DNA of 63,219 nucleotides, filler included, from Octopus bimaculoides (lineage: Eukaryota): the NCBI RefSeq assembly GCF_001194135.2. It is 4 parts of 4 records of this genome, joined end to end, with 100 filler letters (N's around TTAATTAATTAA, not from the genome) between each part and the next. Parts side by side here need not be neighbours in the genome. Positions count along the whole stretch, not along the records: positions 37,917 to 61,929 come from NC_068983.1; 3 more parts are not named here. The stretch is one strand, 5' to 3'. Both the position numbers and the translations under genes were made by a program. The notes under the pieces were generated by a model. The model did no database searches and had not been told where the DNA came from. It saw nothing but the letters and a program-made list of their open reading frames with translations. The stretch's first letter is position 1. Each line of letters begins with the position of its first letter. Positions 46,511-59,589 of this stretch are shown here, piece after piece.

Positions 46511-49110
46511 CATCATCATCTTCATCATCGTTTAACGTCCGTTTTCCATGCTGGCATGGGTTGGACGGTTTGACTGGGGACTGGCGAGCCAGAAAGCTGC
46601 ACCAGGCTTCAATCTGATCTGGCAGAGTTTCTACAGCTGGATGCCCTTCCTAACGCCAACCACTCTGAGGGTGTAGTGGGTGCTTTTACGTGCCACCGGC
46701 ACGAGGGCCAGTCAGGCGGAACTGGCAATGGCCATGCTCAAATGGTGTTTCTTATGTGCCACCTGTACAGGAGCCAGTCCAGCGGCACTGGCAACACCCT
46801 CGCTTGAATGTTATTTTTCACGTACCACCGGCACAAGTGCCAGTAAGACGACACTGGTAACGATCACGCTCAAATGGTGGTTTTTACATGCCACCGGCAC
46901 GAGGGCCAGTCAGCGGCCCTGGCAACGATCACACTCGGATGGTGCTCTTAGCGTTCCAGTAGCACGGATGCCAGTCATGCGGTGCTGTCATCAAATTTGA
47001 TTTCGATTTCACTTGCTTCAACAGGTCTTCACAAACAGAGTTTAGTGTCCAGTGAAAGAAAGGTACGCCTAAGTGGGCTGGTTACACCACTGGCATAGGC
47101 CACAGATTATGGTCTCACTTGGCTTGCCGGGTCTTCTCCAGCACAGCATATTTCCAAAGGTCTCGGTCACTAGTCATTGCCTCGGTGAGGTCTAATGTTC
47201 GAAGGTCGTGCTTCACCACCTCATCCCAGGTCTTCCTGGGTCTACCTCTTCNNNNNNNNNNNNNNNNNNNNNNNNNNNNNNNNNNNNNNNNNNNNNNNNN
47301 NNNNNNNNNNNNNNNNNNNNNNNNNNNNNNNNNNNNNNNNNNNNNNNNNNNNNNNNNNNNNNNNNNNNNNNNNNNNNNNNNNNNNNNNNNNNNNNNNNNN
47401 NNNNNNNNNNNNNNNNNNNNNNNNNNNNNNNNNNNNNNNNNNNNNNNNNNNNNNNNNNNNNNNNNNNNNNNNNNNNNNNNNNNNNNNNNNNNNNNNNNNN
47501 NNNNNNNNNNNNNNNNNNNNNNNNNNNNNNNNNNNNNNNNNNNNNNNNNNNNNNNNNNNNNNNNNNNNNNNNNNNNNNNNNNNNNNNNNNNNNNNNNNNN
47601 NNNNNNNNNNNNNNNNNNNNNNNNNNNNNNNNNNNNNNNNNNNNNNNNNNNNNNNNNNNCAGAGCACCCACCCCCGCTACTAACTTGGTCACCTAGGTAA
47701 CGGAAGCTATCAACTACTTCTAGTTTTTCTCCCTGGAATGTGGCAGTTGTTGTTTTCTGTACATTTTCAGTGTTTATTGCTCCTGAGCATCTGCCACATA
47801 CAAAAACTGTCTTCCCAGTTAGCCTTCCTTTGATATTGCTGCACCTCTTACGTGTCCATAGCTTACACTGGGAACATCTTATAGAGTTTCTACCTACGCC
47901 TTTTCTACAGATCGAGCAGGGCCATTTACCTGAAGGGGTTTGTAGTTTGTCTGCCTTTCTACTTATTAGGACTTTGGTTTTAGCTAGGTTGACTCTAAGG
48001 CCCTTCGATTCCTGCTTCCACACCCGAAACTTCTCTAGTTCTGATCGTGACTCAGCAATTAGTGCAAGGTCATCAGCATAGAGGAGCTCCCAGGGGCATC
48101 CTGTCTTGAATTCCTCTGTTATTGCCAAGAGGACTGATAAATAGGAGGGGGCTGAGGATTGAACCTGGGTGGACCCCTACCTCTACCCGGAATTCTTCAC
48201 TGCACTCGTTGCCAACCCTCACTGTACCATGGTTCGCATACCTCTCACTAACCATTCCTCTATTCCTAGTTTCCTCATTGACCACCAGATAAGGGATCGG
48301 GGGACCCTGTCAAAGGCTTTCTCCATGTCAACGAAAGCCAGATACAGGGGTGTATCTTTGGCTAGGTATTTCTCCTGCAGCTGTCTTACCATTAATATAG
48401 CATCAGTGGTGCTTTTTCCTGGCACGAACCCAAACTGCATCTCATCTAAACTGACTCATTCCCTAATTAGTTAGGCTATGACCCTCTCCGTGACCTTCAT
48501 AACCTGATCCAACAACTTGATACCTCTGTAATTATTTGTATCTAAAGCGTCACCTTTACCTTTGTAGCAGTTAACTATGGTGCTGCTACACCAGTCATTG
48601 GGTATGACTCCTTCATGTATACGGGTGACTAGGCTATAGCTGACACCGCCAGATATTTTGAGCATCTCTGCGGTGATTCCTGATGGGCCGGCGGCTTTCC
48701 TTGTCTTCATAGTCTTAACTGCTTTATCTACCAAGGTACTGTCAATTCGGATAACTGGTCCCTCTGTTGGGTCGACATTCGGCAGGCTCTCTTTCTCCCA
48801 TTCATTCTCTTTATTGAGCAACCTTTCATAGTGGCGTCTCTCTTTGCAGCCATGTTTAGTGCAAGTGAACCATCATCCATGCGGACACATTTGTCTCTCC
48901 TACGACGTCACGATTCTCTCTCACACACTGTCTTGCAACACGAATTACTTCAAGCCTTTGGTCCTCACGGCGCAGAATATTGGTAGATTTTTTCTTATCT
49001 GCTTCCCCTCTGACTAAATAAACCTATTTACTAGCTTCCCTTCTGGCAGTCTGATACAATTCCTGCTACCAGTGTTCTTCCAGTCCTTCCAAGCCTGTTT
49101 CGTTTCTCTA
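46511..49110 (-). mobile_element. RTE-clade LINE (RT with PHD-like insertion, long 3'UTR, (GAT)n tail)
   Basis: KAAGPSGI, QFGF.PG.ST.DAI, F.D.EKAFD, GVH.GS.LSPLLF, LLYADDL, FRYLG, RGRPRKTW; 3'UTR 47105-46511 ends GGACGTTAAACGATGATGA. Confidence 0.9.
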
Positions 49111-50190
49111 TCTTACTCTCAAAATTGGCAAATGTTGGAATCCGTGGAAAACTTCTACACTGGATTAAGTATTTCCTGGCGAATAGAACACAAGAAGTTG
49201 TGGTCGATGGAGTCCACTCAAGTCCAGCAAAAGTCACCAGTGGTGTCTCTCAGGGGACTATCTTGGGCCCACTCCTCTTTATAATTTACATAAATGACCT
49301 CTCCAGCGTCGTAAATCACTGGAAAGTTAAAATATTTGCTGATGACACTAAGCTCCAGCAAATCGTCAATGAAGAAGACCGAACTCAACTCAAGTCTGAC
49401 CTATATGCTGTGAGTCAATGAGCAGATAAAAACAAAATGGAACTGAACGAGGGAAAATTTGAGCTGATGCATTTTGGAAGAAAGTCTATACTTAAACAGC
49501 CATACTCTCTTCTTTCTGGGGAACCGCTCACGGCATCCAGTAATATCAGAGATCTGGGTGTAATTGTTGACAATAATCTCAATTGGAGTGTCCACATCAA
49601 CAATAAGGTCAATATAGCCCGTAGGATGAGATCCTGGATCTTAAGAACCTGTCGGTCCAGAGAACAAGGTGTCATCATTCAACTTTTCTCCTCCTTTGTA
49701 CGACCACAACTCGAACACTGCTGCCTCTTGTGGTTTCCCCATACAAAAAAAGCATCTCGAGGATTGAATCGCCCCAGAGGGTACTCACTAAACGAATTGA
49801 AGGCATGATTGATCTTGATTACTGGGACCGCCTTAAAGCCTTGAAGCTCTACTCTCTCCAGCGCCGCCGCGAGCGATACATTATTTGTACGATGTGGAGA
49901 ATATACCGCCAGCATTGCCCAAACGACCTGAACATTAGTTTCGAGGTTCATGTAAGGCTGGGACCACGGGCCATACGTCCCCTGCCCAATTCAGGATCAC
50001 AACATATAGGTACACTGCGACACATTTTCTTTTCCTCAACAGGTCCTGCCCTGTTTAACATTGTCCCAAAACTGATCAAAGAAGAAAAGGATCTCATCAC
50101 TTTTAAACGGAATCGAGACAAATTTCCTCAAGCAATACCAGATAAGCCACCTATACCTGGATATAACTCACTCAACAAGAACTCGCTACT
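49111..50190 (+). mobile_element. 5'-truncated CR1/L2-group LINE RT
   Basis: SGV.QG.ILGPLLF.IYINDL, IFADDTK, RDLGV, VRP.LE, LYSLQRRRERY, PDKP..PGY....NSLLEW. Confidence 0.85.
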
Positions 50191-50440
50191 TGAATGGACC
50201 ATAAACACACCAGCATCGGTTGTCAAGTGATGGTGGGTGGACAAACACACACACAAACATATATATACACATATACACACCCACATATATATATGACGGA
50301 CTTCTTTCAGTTTCCGTCTGCCAAATCAACTCACAAGGCTTTGGTAATCCAAAGCTATAGCAGAAGACACTTGTCCAAATTGCCACGCTATTAGACTGAA
50401 CCCGCAACCATGTGATTTGGAAGAAAGCCTCTTGCTACAC
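50190..50440 (-). mobile_element. SINE family A, 5' half, abutting the CR1-type LINE end
   Basis: AAACACACCAGCATCGGTTGTCAAG...CTTTCAGTTTCCGTCTGCCAAATC. Confidence 0.75.
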
Positions 50441-51672
50441 ACAAACTCACACATACTGTATGTATATATATATAAAATGTGTGTGTGAACACACACAAGG
50501 AGAGCGCGAACGCTCAAACACTATACAAGACTGCTTTGCTTAGAAATATTTCGATATCTTTTTCCCTGTAATTTTTTATTTTTCAATTTGCTTTCTTATT
50601 ATATATTTTATTTTTATTTCTCACCATTCATTGATATTTTAGCTGGCCAGCTTAGAAAAAGAAAACAAAATACAGAATCGAATAAAATAAAAGTAAAAAA
50701 AACAAAATGGAAAGAGTTTTAAGCCGAGACCTCATTGACAACGCCCTCTATCGGTAGACGGCTGATTTAAAGCTGTATTCAGCAACAGTAACTATTGTGG
50801 AGATCGTTTTTGTACAGTTGCCCGACAGCGTGTGCTGGGACGTAATATTTGCAGGTTGAAATAATCATTGTTGGAAACAATTGCTAACACATCGTTAAAA
50901 GCAATAAAGCGTTCGCTTGCTTTCTTTTCTTTCTCTCTTTTTTCCTTTTTCATATTTCTGCCTCTTCACTTATATATACACATACATATATACACTATCT
51001 GACACACACACACATATATTCATATATGCTCATGTACACACATCTTTACGCTCGCGCTTTATTTTGTTCTTTCATCTACTTTTCGCATCATTTCACTCAA
51101 GCTTTATCTGTCTGTATGTTCGTCTGTCTCCCACACACATCCATACGCACACATTTCATAAAGGCTCTCTCTCAAACACACACACACACACACATGCACA
51201 AACACTTTCCCTCCCTGGGTGCCTCTCTCTTCATTTCCTCCCTTTATCTCTTTCTCTCTCGTGTGTGTGTGTGTGTATGTATTTCAAATTATTTCTCACT
51301 ATCTCCCTCTCTTATATTATGTGTGTGAGCTTGTATACATTTCCTATAATTTCTCTCTCTCCCGCTCTCTCTCTTTCTGTCTCTCTATTCTTTCTCTCTC
51401 GCTTAATCATTCATTTCGTTCATCCTTTCGTTCTTACCAAATCCCTTTTACTCAAATAACAAAGTCGGCGATTGCTGACCAATGGATTAAAATTACGATA
51501 ATATTTGACTGTGGTCACGATGATGAAAATGACGGCGGTAAATGCCCATGATGATGATGATGGAGATCAGAAAGATAATGATTATCATCATCGATGTGAT
51601 TCTCATCGAGACCATGATACTAACGATGATATAAACATTTTCGTATGTGTATTAATGTTTAGATGACAGCAG

Positions 51673-51866
51673 GGCGGCGAGCTGGCAGGCCGGGCGAAAT
51701 GCTTAGCGGTATTTCGTCTGTCTTTACGTTCTGAGTTCAGATTCCGCCGAGGTCGATTTTTCTTTCATCCTTTCGGGGTCGATAAATTAAGTACCATTTA
51801 CGCACTGGGGTCGATGTAATCGACTTAATCTCTTTGTCTGTCCTTGTTTGTCCCCTCTATGTTTAG
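51673..51866 (+). mobile_element. SINE family B variant
   Basis: GGCGGCGAGCTGGCAG...GTTCTGAGTTCAGATTCCGCCGAGGTCG...TTTGTCCCCTCTATGTTTAG. Confidence 0.8.
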
Positions 51867-52511
51867 NNNNNNNNNNNNNNNNNNNNNNNNNNNNNNNNNN
51901 NNNNNNNNNNNNNNNNNNNNNNNNNNNNNNNNNNNNNNNNNNNNNNNNNNNNNNNNNNNNNNNNNNNNNNNNNNNNNNNNNNNNNNNNNNNNNNNNNNNN
52001 NNNNNNNNNNNNNNNNNNNNNNNNNNNNNNNNNNNNNNNNNNNNNNNNNNNNNNNNNNNNNNNNNNNNNNNNNNNNNNNNNNNNNNNNNNNNNNNNNNNN
52101 NNNNNNNNNNNNNNNNNNNNNNNNNNNNNNNNNNNNNNNNNNNNNNNNNNNNNNNNNNNNNNNNNNNNNNNNNNNNNNNNNNNNNNNNNNNNNNNNNNNN
52201 NNNNNNNNNNNNNNNNNNNNNNNNNNNNNNNNNNNNNNNNNNNNNNNNNNNNNNNNNNNNNNNNNNNNNNNNNNNNNNNNNNNNNNNNNNNNNNNNNNNN
52301 NNNNNNNNNNNNNNNNNNNNNNNNNNNNNNNNNNNNNNNNNNNNNNNNNNNNNNNNNNNNNNNNNNNNNNNNNNNNNNNNNNNNNNNNNNNNNNNNNNNN
52401 NNNNNNNNNNNNNNNNNNNNNNNNNNNNNNNNNNNNNNNNNNNNNNNNNNNNNNNNNNNNNNNNNNNNNNNNNNNNNNNNNNNNNNNNNNNNNNNNNNNN
52501 NNNNNNNNNNN

Positions 52512-52545
52512 TAACCCTAACCCTAACCTTAAAACCCTAACCCTA
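52512..52545 (+). repeat. Interstitial telomere-like (TAACCC)n at a gap edge
   Basis: TAACCCTAACCCTAACCTTAAAACCCTAACCCTAA directly after the 51867-52511 gap. Confidence 0.7.
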
Positions 52546-53054
52546 AGTAGAAAAATGTTTGGAAATCTTTTTTTCAGAATCATAATCTCCATATTTCTCC
52601 GCATATTTTGCAAAAAAAAAATTTCTGAAAAAAGTGAAAAATGACTTGTCAATGTTATCCAGTGGTTGCCTTTTGAGATGTGACATCGATCATCGTTTGT
52701 TACTGAAAGAACGCTGGTTCACACATACGAACGTTCACATACTTCCCTCGTACACGCACACACATACAAACACACAGAGTTGAAACGCTGTTTGATTTTT
52801 CTTTTCAGCGTTGAATGTTCACCATCTCACTTCCATTGCACGCACACGCACACGCACACGCACGCGCGCGCGCATACACGCACACACATTGACATACCTT
52901 CCTTTCACATACATACACACATATACTCACAGAGTTGAAACGCTGTTTGATTTTTTTCACCTCTTCCTTCCTTGTTCATCTATCCTTTCTTTCTCATTCA
53001 TATGTTGTGACGGAAAAACACAAGAGTATTATTATAATAGATTATTATTAACAT

Positions 53055-53092
<38 letters not shown>

Positions 53093-53452
53093 NNNNNNNN
53101 NNNNNNNNNNNNNNNNNNNNNNNNNNNNNNNNNNNNNNNNNNNNNNNNNNNNNNNNNNNNNNNNNNNNNNNNNNNNNNNNNNNNNNNNNNNNNNNNNNNN
53201 NNNNNNNNNNNNNNNNNNNNNNNNNNNNNNNNNNNNNNNNNNNNNNNNNNNNNNNNNNNNNNNNNNNNNNNNNNNNNNNNNNNNNNNNNNNNNNNNNNNN
53301 NNNNNNNNNNNNNNNNNNNNNNNNNNNNNNNNNNNNNNNNNNNNNNNNNNNNNNNNNNNNNNNNNNNNNNNNNNAACACAAGCCTTTGTAGTTTCTTCAC
53401 TCTTATCTTTTATACATCCAACCACGTGCTTTCACATACCAACTTTCTCACC

Positions 53453-53490
<38 letters not shown>

Positions 53491-54056
53491 ATATATATAT
53501 ATGAAAAATATAACACATACGCAGACGCATTATAATATATTCTATCTTCTATATTAATACACGCACAAGTGTAAGTATAGATATACATATGTGTGTGTGT
53601 TCGATCCACCATTGCAATCTCCTACGCCACTCATAATTGTCCTACACTTTCCTCTGCCAGATTTAGGCTTCTCAATTATGCAAAAGAAAAAAAGGGGGAA
53701 AAAAACATTACTATTATTTTTAACACAGCCAGATACAAATGATATTGACGTACAAACTGCCTTGCAGAATCTAGTTACGTTCCTTTATGCAAAGTGCTCA
53801 CACTCTTCGAGCAATTCTGGCTTTTAAAACTCTGGAATCGAAAAAATAAATATGATTTGTTTCAAGAATGATTCAGTCAACTACACAACTCCTGAAAGAA
53901 TGTGCGCTGAATATTATAAACTTGTACAGGAGATGATTATAATCAACTATATCCATCCCTTTTTCCATTTCGTGGGAACCGCATACATTAGGCAAACAGT
54001 TTTGAACATAATTTCTGTTGAGATGGTTTTTTCACTTGATTTAGACTAAACTTGGA

Positions 54057-54402
54057 GTGGAGGTGCAATGGCCCAGTGATTAGGGCAGCGGACTCGCGGT
54101 CATAAGATCGCGGTTTCGATTCCCAGACCGGGCGTTGTGAGTGTTTATTAGGCGAAGACACCTAAAGCTCCACGAGGCTCCGGCAGGGGATGGTGGCGAA
54201 CCCTGCTATACTTTTTCACCACAACTTACTCTCTTTCTTCCTGTTTCTGTTGTACTTGTATTTCAAAAGGGCCAGCCTTGTCACACTCTGTGTAAACGTG
54301 TCTGTGGAATGCTCAGCCACTTGCACGTTAATTTCACGAGCAGGCTATTCCGTTGATCGGATCAACAGGAACCCTTGTCGTCGTAACCGACGGAGTGCCA
54401 AT
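54057..54402 (+). mobile_element. SINE family C-related, full length
   Basis: GGTGCAATGGCCCAGTGATTAGG...GGTTTCGATTCCCAGACC...CACGTTAATTTCACGAGCAGG...CGACGGAGTGCCA. Confidence 0.85.
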
Positions 54403-54664
54403 TCTCTGAATAAGCACAATTGTATAGTTTGTCCGTAAGTTATAGGGCTGGTCAGCTGTTATAATTATTTTATTGATAACACTGGACGGTGGAGTCATTT
54501 TCGAAAACATTTTTAGTTGTCTTTTTATAAGTAGTTCTACCGAATTCAATGGTGCTGGATTCAGAAATGCCCTCAGAAGACTTCTGTCACGTCAAGATTT
54601 TGTTAGATAGAAATTAATTTTTTACCATAAAATATGTCGATTTTACCATTAAATACAATATTCT

Positions 54665-54859
54665 TTTACTTTCTCTTACTTGTTTCAGTCATTTGACTGC
54701 GGCCATGTTGGAGCACACCCTTTAGTCTAACAAACTGACCCCAGGACTTAGTCTATCCTAGTACTTATTCAATTTTGCTGAACCGCTAAGTTACGGGGAC
54801 GTAAAAATACCACCATCGTTTGTCAAGCGATGGTAGGGGGGCAAACACAGGCACACAGA

Positions 54860-54895
<36 letters not shown>

Positions 54896-55055
54896 CACAC
54901 ACACGATGAGCTTCTTTCAGTTTCCGTCTACCAAATCCGCTCACAGGGCTTTGGTCAGCCGAAGGCTATAGTAGAAGACGCTTGCCGAAGGTGCCACGTA
55001 GTGGGACTGAACCCGGAATCACGTGGTTGGTAAGTAAGCTACTTACCACACAAGT
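54665..55055 (-). mobile_element. SINE family A, full length
   Basis: TTACTTGTTTCAGTCATTTGACTGCGGCC...GGGACTGAACCCGGAATC...TACCACACA. Confidence 0.85.
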
Positions 55056-55404
55056 TTACCTTCTCCTAGAAAGAAGTTCTAACGAGAACTCGGGTTCCTC
55101 CACTGCCACTGGTTCACATACCAGTTAACCCATAACTGGGACCGTAACAAGTTCTACTGCTCTGGATCGGAGTAGAACTAAGGAAGAATATTGGGTAAGA
55201 AGGGATTCCACACTCGTCAAAACTTAAGAACTCCCGAACTGGAATTCCATTATATTACGATACTTAGATGGCTGTGTGTGTGTGTGTGTTGGGGTGGCCT
55301 CTGTAAGTCAAGCTTAGTCGTTTTGCGTCTGCACATGTATGCACAGGCTGATGCAAATACCGCAAGGCATCTTTCTCGACCCTCTTACTGTTCTGCTAAT
55401 CCAC

Positions 55405-55545
55405 TACTCTGGATTATTGCATTTTTCTCAGCCTCAAAAGGATGGATGGCGAAGTTAACAGTGGTAGAACTTGAACTCGCAGTGCAGAGCGTCGGAACAA
55501 ACACTACGAGGCATTTCATCCAACCCTTACTCATCTAATTCACCG
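55405..55545 (-). mobile_element. SINE family B, decayed
   Basis: CTCAAAAGGATGGATGGCGAAGTTAAC...AACTTGAACTCGC. Confidence 0.5.
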
Positions 55546-57314
55546 CTCTTTGGCCTCACTGCGTTTCGGTATTCTTCTGACCTCATTAGCGCAGCATAGA
55601 CTTCACTGTAATTGAGGAAGCAGCATTGAAATAATCATTAATTAAATACATCAGACAGTTATTTGTGAAGGGTAGGACTAGATTAAAATCCACAAACGCC
55701 ATAAGCATTTAAAAGATTTTGGTGCCCCAAAATATATGTAATTCAAAATATAAACAAGAATAAACCATGAAATAATTTTTTTATTTTTCTAACTGAAACA
55801 AAACTAATTGTGAGACGGAAAATAATGTTTATTTTTGTATAGTTCCTCCTTATTAATATTTGAAAAGTGTTCTAATAATTTTTAATTACAAAATCTTTGA
55901 TTAGATCTTCAAAATTAATCTTGCGTAACAAAATTAATCTTACGTAACAAATTTAGTTGTAACATATTACCACTAAATTTAGTAGAGATAAGACATCTCG
56001 AATACTTATTTTAGCAAGTTTAAAGCGATTTCTTTTGTGCTGTAAACCATTTTTCATTTTTATTGTGCCCCCTCCCCCACTCCTTTATCTTGATGCCCTA
56101 CGCACGTGCTCATTTTGGTTTATGATTAATCCCGCGACGGTGTAGGGAAATAAAACTTTCTTTATTATGGTTTTATTGTTGTTCTTGTTTTTAATGAGTG
56201 CTGTAATAGTTTAGCCCCAGGACAGCTCTGATCAGACGACTGTATAATCAAAACCGTTCCATTCGTGACCATTTCATCTTATTCACAGACATAGTAAACC
56301 GAAGACTACAATATCTAATGTGTTCTTTCTTTTTATGGCACCAGTGTCTTGAGAGAGAGAGAGAGAGAGAGAGAGAGGGGGAAGAGAGATAATAATGATG
56401 ATTTTGTGTGCGGGATTGGTGATGGCGTTGGTGATGGTGATGTTGATAGGATTAGCAACGGTGTTGATCATGAAGATGATGATGATGATCGGAGTGTAGT
56501 GAAGGAGATGGTTGCGGTTTCGTGACGGTGGCGAAGTTACTGATGCTTATCATTATAATCTTCACCGTCATCATCATCATCACCATTATGCTCTCAATAA
56601 TCATCATCATTCAGGTGAGTCCTATGGCTATCATTTGTGTTGTTGTTGTTGTTGTTGTTGTTGTTGCCACGGCTGCTCAAACGAGCCGTTTTATATCGTC
56701 ATTTCCCGTAAAATATACAACAAACAGAATTTGAAATTCCTCTACATTACTTGCTACCTCTCGTCCTCACCCTCTCTTCCTCATCCTTTCCACTACGTGT
56801 GTGTGGTTGTAAATATGTATATGTCTCTATGTGCTTATACGTATGTTTACCTGTATGCATCGATGTGTGTATAAGCTTGTCTACGTGCGTTCGTGTGTAC
56901 TTGGGTATGTGTTTATGCATGTATGTGTAGAATATGCGTATATGTCTGCTTAGGCCCATTACTCTGGAAAACGTGGGCGGAAAACTTCACACCTTTAACC
57001 AATACAGAAGAAAAAATATATATATAGATATATATATAAAAATTATAAAATAGTTAATTTTACAACCGACACTTCGTCTTTTCAGCTTAGCTGAAAAAGC
57101 TTACAGACATTATATAGCAGATCTATATAAATATCTGTGCGTGTCTGTGAGTGAGCGTGTAGCAGTGTGGGTTTCGACAAAAGCATGTGAGTATTTTTAG
57201 ATGAAAGTAAGCCGCAGAATATAAATGGCTAACTTTTGGACATACGCTATAATAATGAAACTTACGGTGGTAATTGCGTCGGTATTGAATGATAATAACA
57301 ACGATGATAATAAT

Positions 57315-57534
57315 AATCCTTTTTGTCATAAGCACAAGGCCTGGAATATTTGGGGAGGAGTCTAGTCGTTTACACCGACCTCTCCAGAATTCCATTGGTA
57401 CTTATTTTATCGACCCCGAAAGAATGAGAGATAAAGACTACCGACCTGATGAAATTTGAACTCGGAACGTCAAGTCGGGCGAAATGCCGCAAAGCATTTT
57501 GTTCGATGTGCTAAGGATTCTACTAGATCCCCGC

Positions 57535-57570
<36 letters not shown>

Positions 57571-57746
57571 CTTTTCTACTCTAAGCACAAGGCCTGAAAT
57601 TTTGGGGAGGCGGGGCCAGCCGATTAGATCGACCCCAGTATGCAAAGTTGACCTCGGTGGAATTTGAACTCAGAACGTAGCGGCAGACGAAATACCGCTA
57701 AGCATTTCGCCCGACGTACTAACGTTTCTGCCAGCCCGCCGCCTTA
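57315..57746 (-). mobile_element. Two SINE family B copies separated by (AAT)n
   Basis: 57315-57535 and 57570-57746, each with AAGCACAAGGCCTG...TTTGAACTC...CATTT. Confidence 0.8.
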
Positions 57747-58038
57747 ATATAACNNNNNNNNNNNNNNNNNNNNNNNNNNNNNNNNNNNNNNNNNNNNNNN
57801 NNNNNNNNNNNNNNNNNNNNNNNNNNNNNNNNNNNNNNNNNNNNNNNNNNNNNNNNNNNNNNNNNNNNNNNNNNNNNNNNNNNNNNNNNNNNNNNNNNNN
57901 NNNNNNNNNNNNNNNNNNNNNNNNNNNNNNNNNNNNNNNNNNNNNNNNNNNNNNNNNNNNNNNNNNNNNNNNNNNNNNNNNNNNNNNNNNNNNNNNNNNN
58001 NNNNNNNNNNNNNNNNNNNNNNNNNNNNNNNNNNNNNN

Positions 58039-58380
58039 GCGGAGGTATTATTTCAGTCGTGCTTGTTTATTTGTTTGTTTGTTTGTCCATGGACAAGATA
58101 TCTCAAGAACCGCTGGATGGATTCGGATGAAACTTTCGTGACTGGCACGAACTGATTAGATTTTAAGATAGATCTGGTACCGAACAAGGATTCTGGATTA
58201 TTTTTCCTGTTATTTTACTTTACTTTTGAGCGCGGTCGGGTTCATTCTTAGTATTCTCGTTTGTGAGAGCAGTCAAGTTTACTTCAGATATTCTCATTTT
58301 AAAAATCATCTCCGGCTAATCATTGAGAAGACGTTGGTGTTGCCTTGGTGAAGGTTTGCGCTCTCCGAATGCTCTTGTTT
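58039..58380 (+). mobile_element. Helentron-associated non-autonomous element (HINE/DINE-1-like)
   Basis: GGAGGT subterminal block, (GTTT)n, GATATCTCAAGAACCGCTGGATGGATT..GATGAAACTT, terminal CCTTGGTGAAGGTTTGCGCTCTCCGAATGCTCTTGTT. Confidence 0.55.
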
Positions 58381-58439
58381 ATTTATATTTTGCCTTAAGA
58401 GGAAGCTAACATACATGTACCGGAAGCAGAGTTTAAAGG

Positions 58440-58620
58440 CAGTTCTAACGAGGGTTGATAATCAAGCACTGAATCACAAATTATCACCAGTCGAAGAAAA
58501 CCACCAATTCTCAAAAGACTTCTAACGAAGGTAAAATTTACGTGGGAAGAAGAAATAATACAAGAAACGAACTGTAGAGAACCTTATGGGACGTGTGAAA
58601 TGAACAAGGATCGACCATAA
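58440..58620 (+). mobile_element. Possible Penelope-like element remnant
   Basis: IITSRRKPPILKRLLTKVKF resembles the RT/GIY-YIG linker (S.RQP.NLK..LT.AKF) recalled for PLEs; short and decayed. Confidence 0.35.
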
Positions 58621-58964
58621 GATTCAAGAATGGGACGAAATTGAAGTTGAATGCAAATATGAATTGCAAATGTGAACTGAATTTTTTTTCTTAATTTCTA
58701 TCTTTCGACGATTCGGTGATTAATGCAAAATGGGACAACAAAATATCGCGCAATTCCTAACAGTACTGAACTAAATAAAAATGGATTTTAAAAAAATCTT
58801 TTCCACTGGCTGAGAAACGCAGTAGTCAAAAGTGATCCCAATTGATTTTTATTGCGGCGATGTTTTTGTGGTGTGTATGTATATATAGAATATATATATA
58901 TATATATATAATGGTTGTGAATAAATACTAATACACAATGCAAAGTCTTAGCGAAACCAGACAT

Positions 58965-59249
58965 ACTCTTTTTACTCTTTTACTTGTTTCAGTTATTTGA
59001 CTGCGGCCGTGCTGGAGCACCGCTTTTTTTTTTTTTTTAGTCGAGCAAATCGACCTCAGGACTTATTTTTGTAAGCCTAGTACATATACATACACACACA
59101 CATATATNNNNNNNNNNNNNNNNNNNNNNNNNNNNNNNNNNNNNNNNNNNNNNNNNNNNNNNNNNNNNNNNNNNNNNNNNNNNNNNNNNNNNNNNNNNNN
59201 NNNNNNNNNNNNNNNNNNNNNNNNNNNNNNNNNNNNNNNNNNNNNNNNN

Positions 59250-59288
<39 letters not shown>

Positions 59289-59340
59289 TACGACGGGCTT
59301 CTTTCAGTTTCCGTCTACCAAATCCACTCACAAGGCTTTC
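58965..59340 (-). mobile_element. SINE family A spanning an N gap
   Basis: Tail at 58965-59080, central block at 59290-59340. Confidence 0.7.
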
Positions 59341-59589
59341 ATACGCTTGTATTATTATAGCATTATGAAAAAGCACATTGCACTGTCTTAGTCTCGCCAG
59401 GAACACACACGCGCACACGCACACACACACACACATATACATACATGCATACAATTTGTCTGTTTACTACATCCCAAAGATAGTCTTGCATCTTTGTTGG
59501 AAACCGGCTCCCTCCTCAGTGGAAGATTTATAATAATTAAAAACTAGAAGAGATACATACATACATACATACATACATATTTCTATATC

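Noticed and set aside
54057-54135. Possible tRNA gene (also 17860, 26745, 59590)
   Set aside because: A/B boxes are present but continue into shared SINE bodies, and I found no complete cloverleaf.
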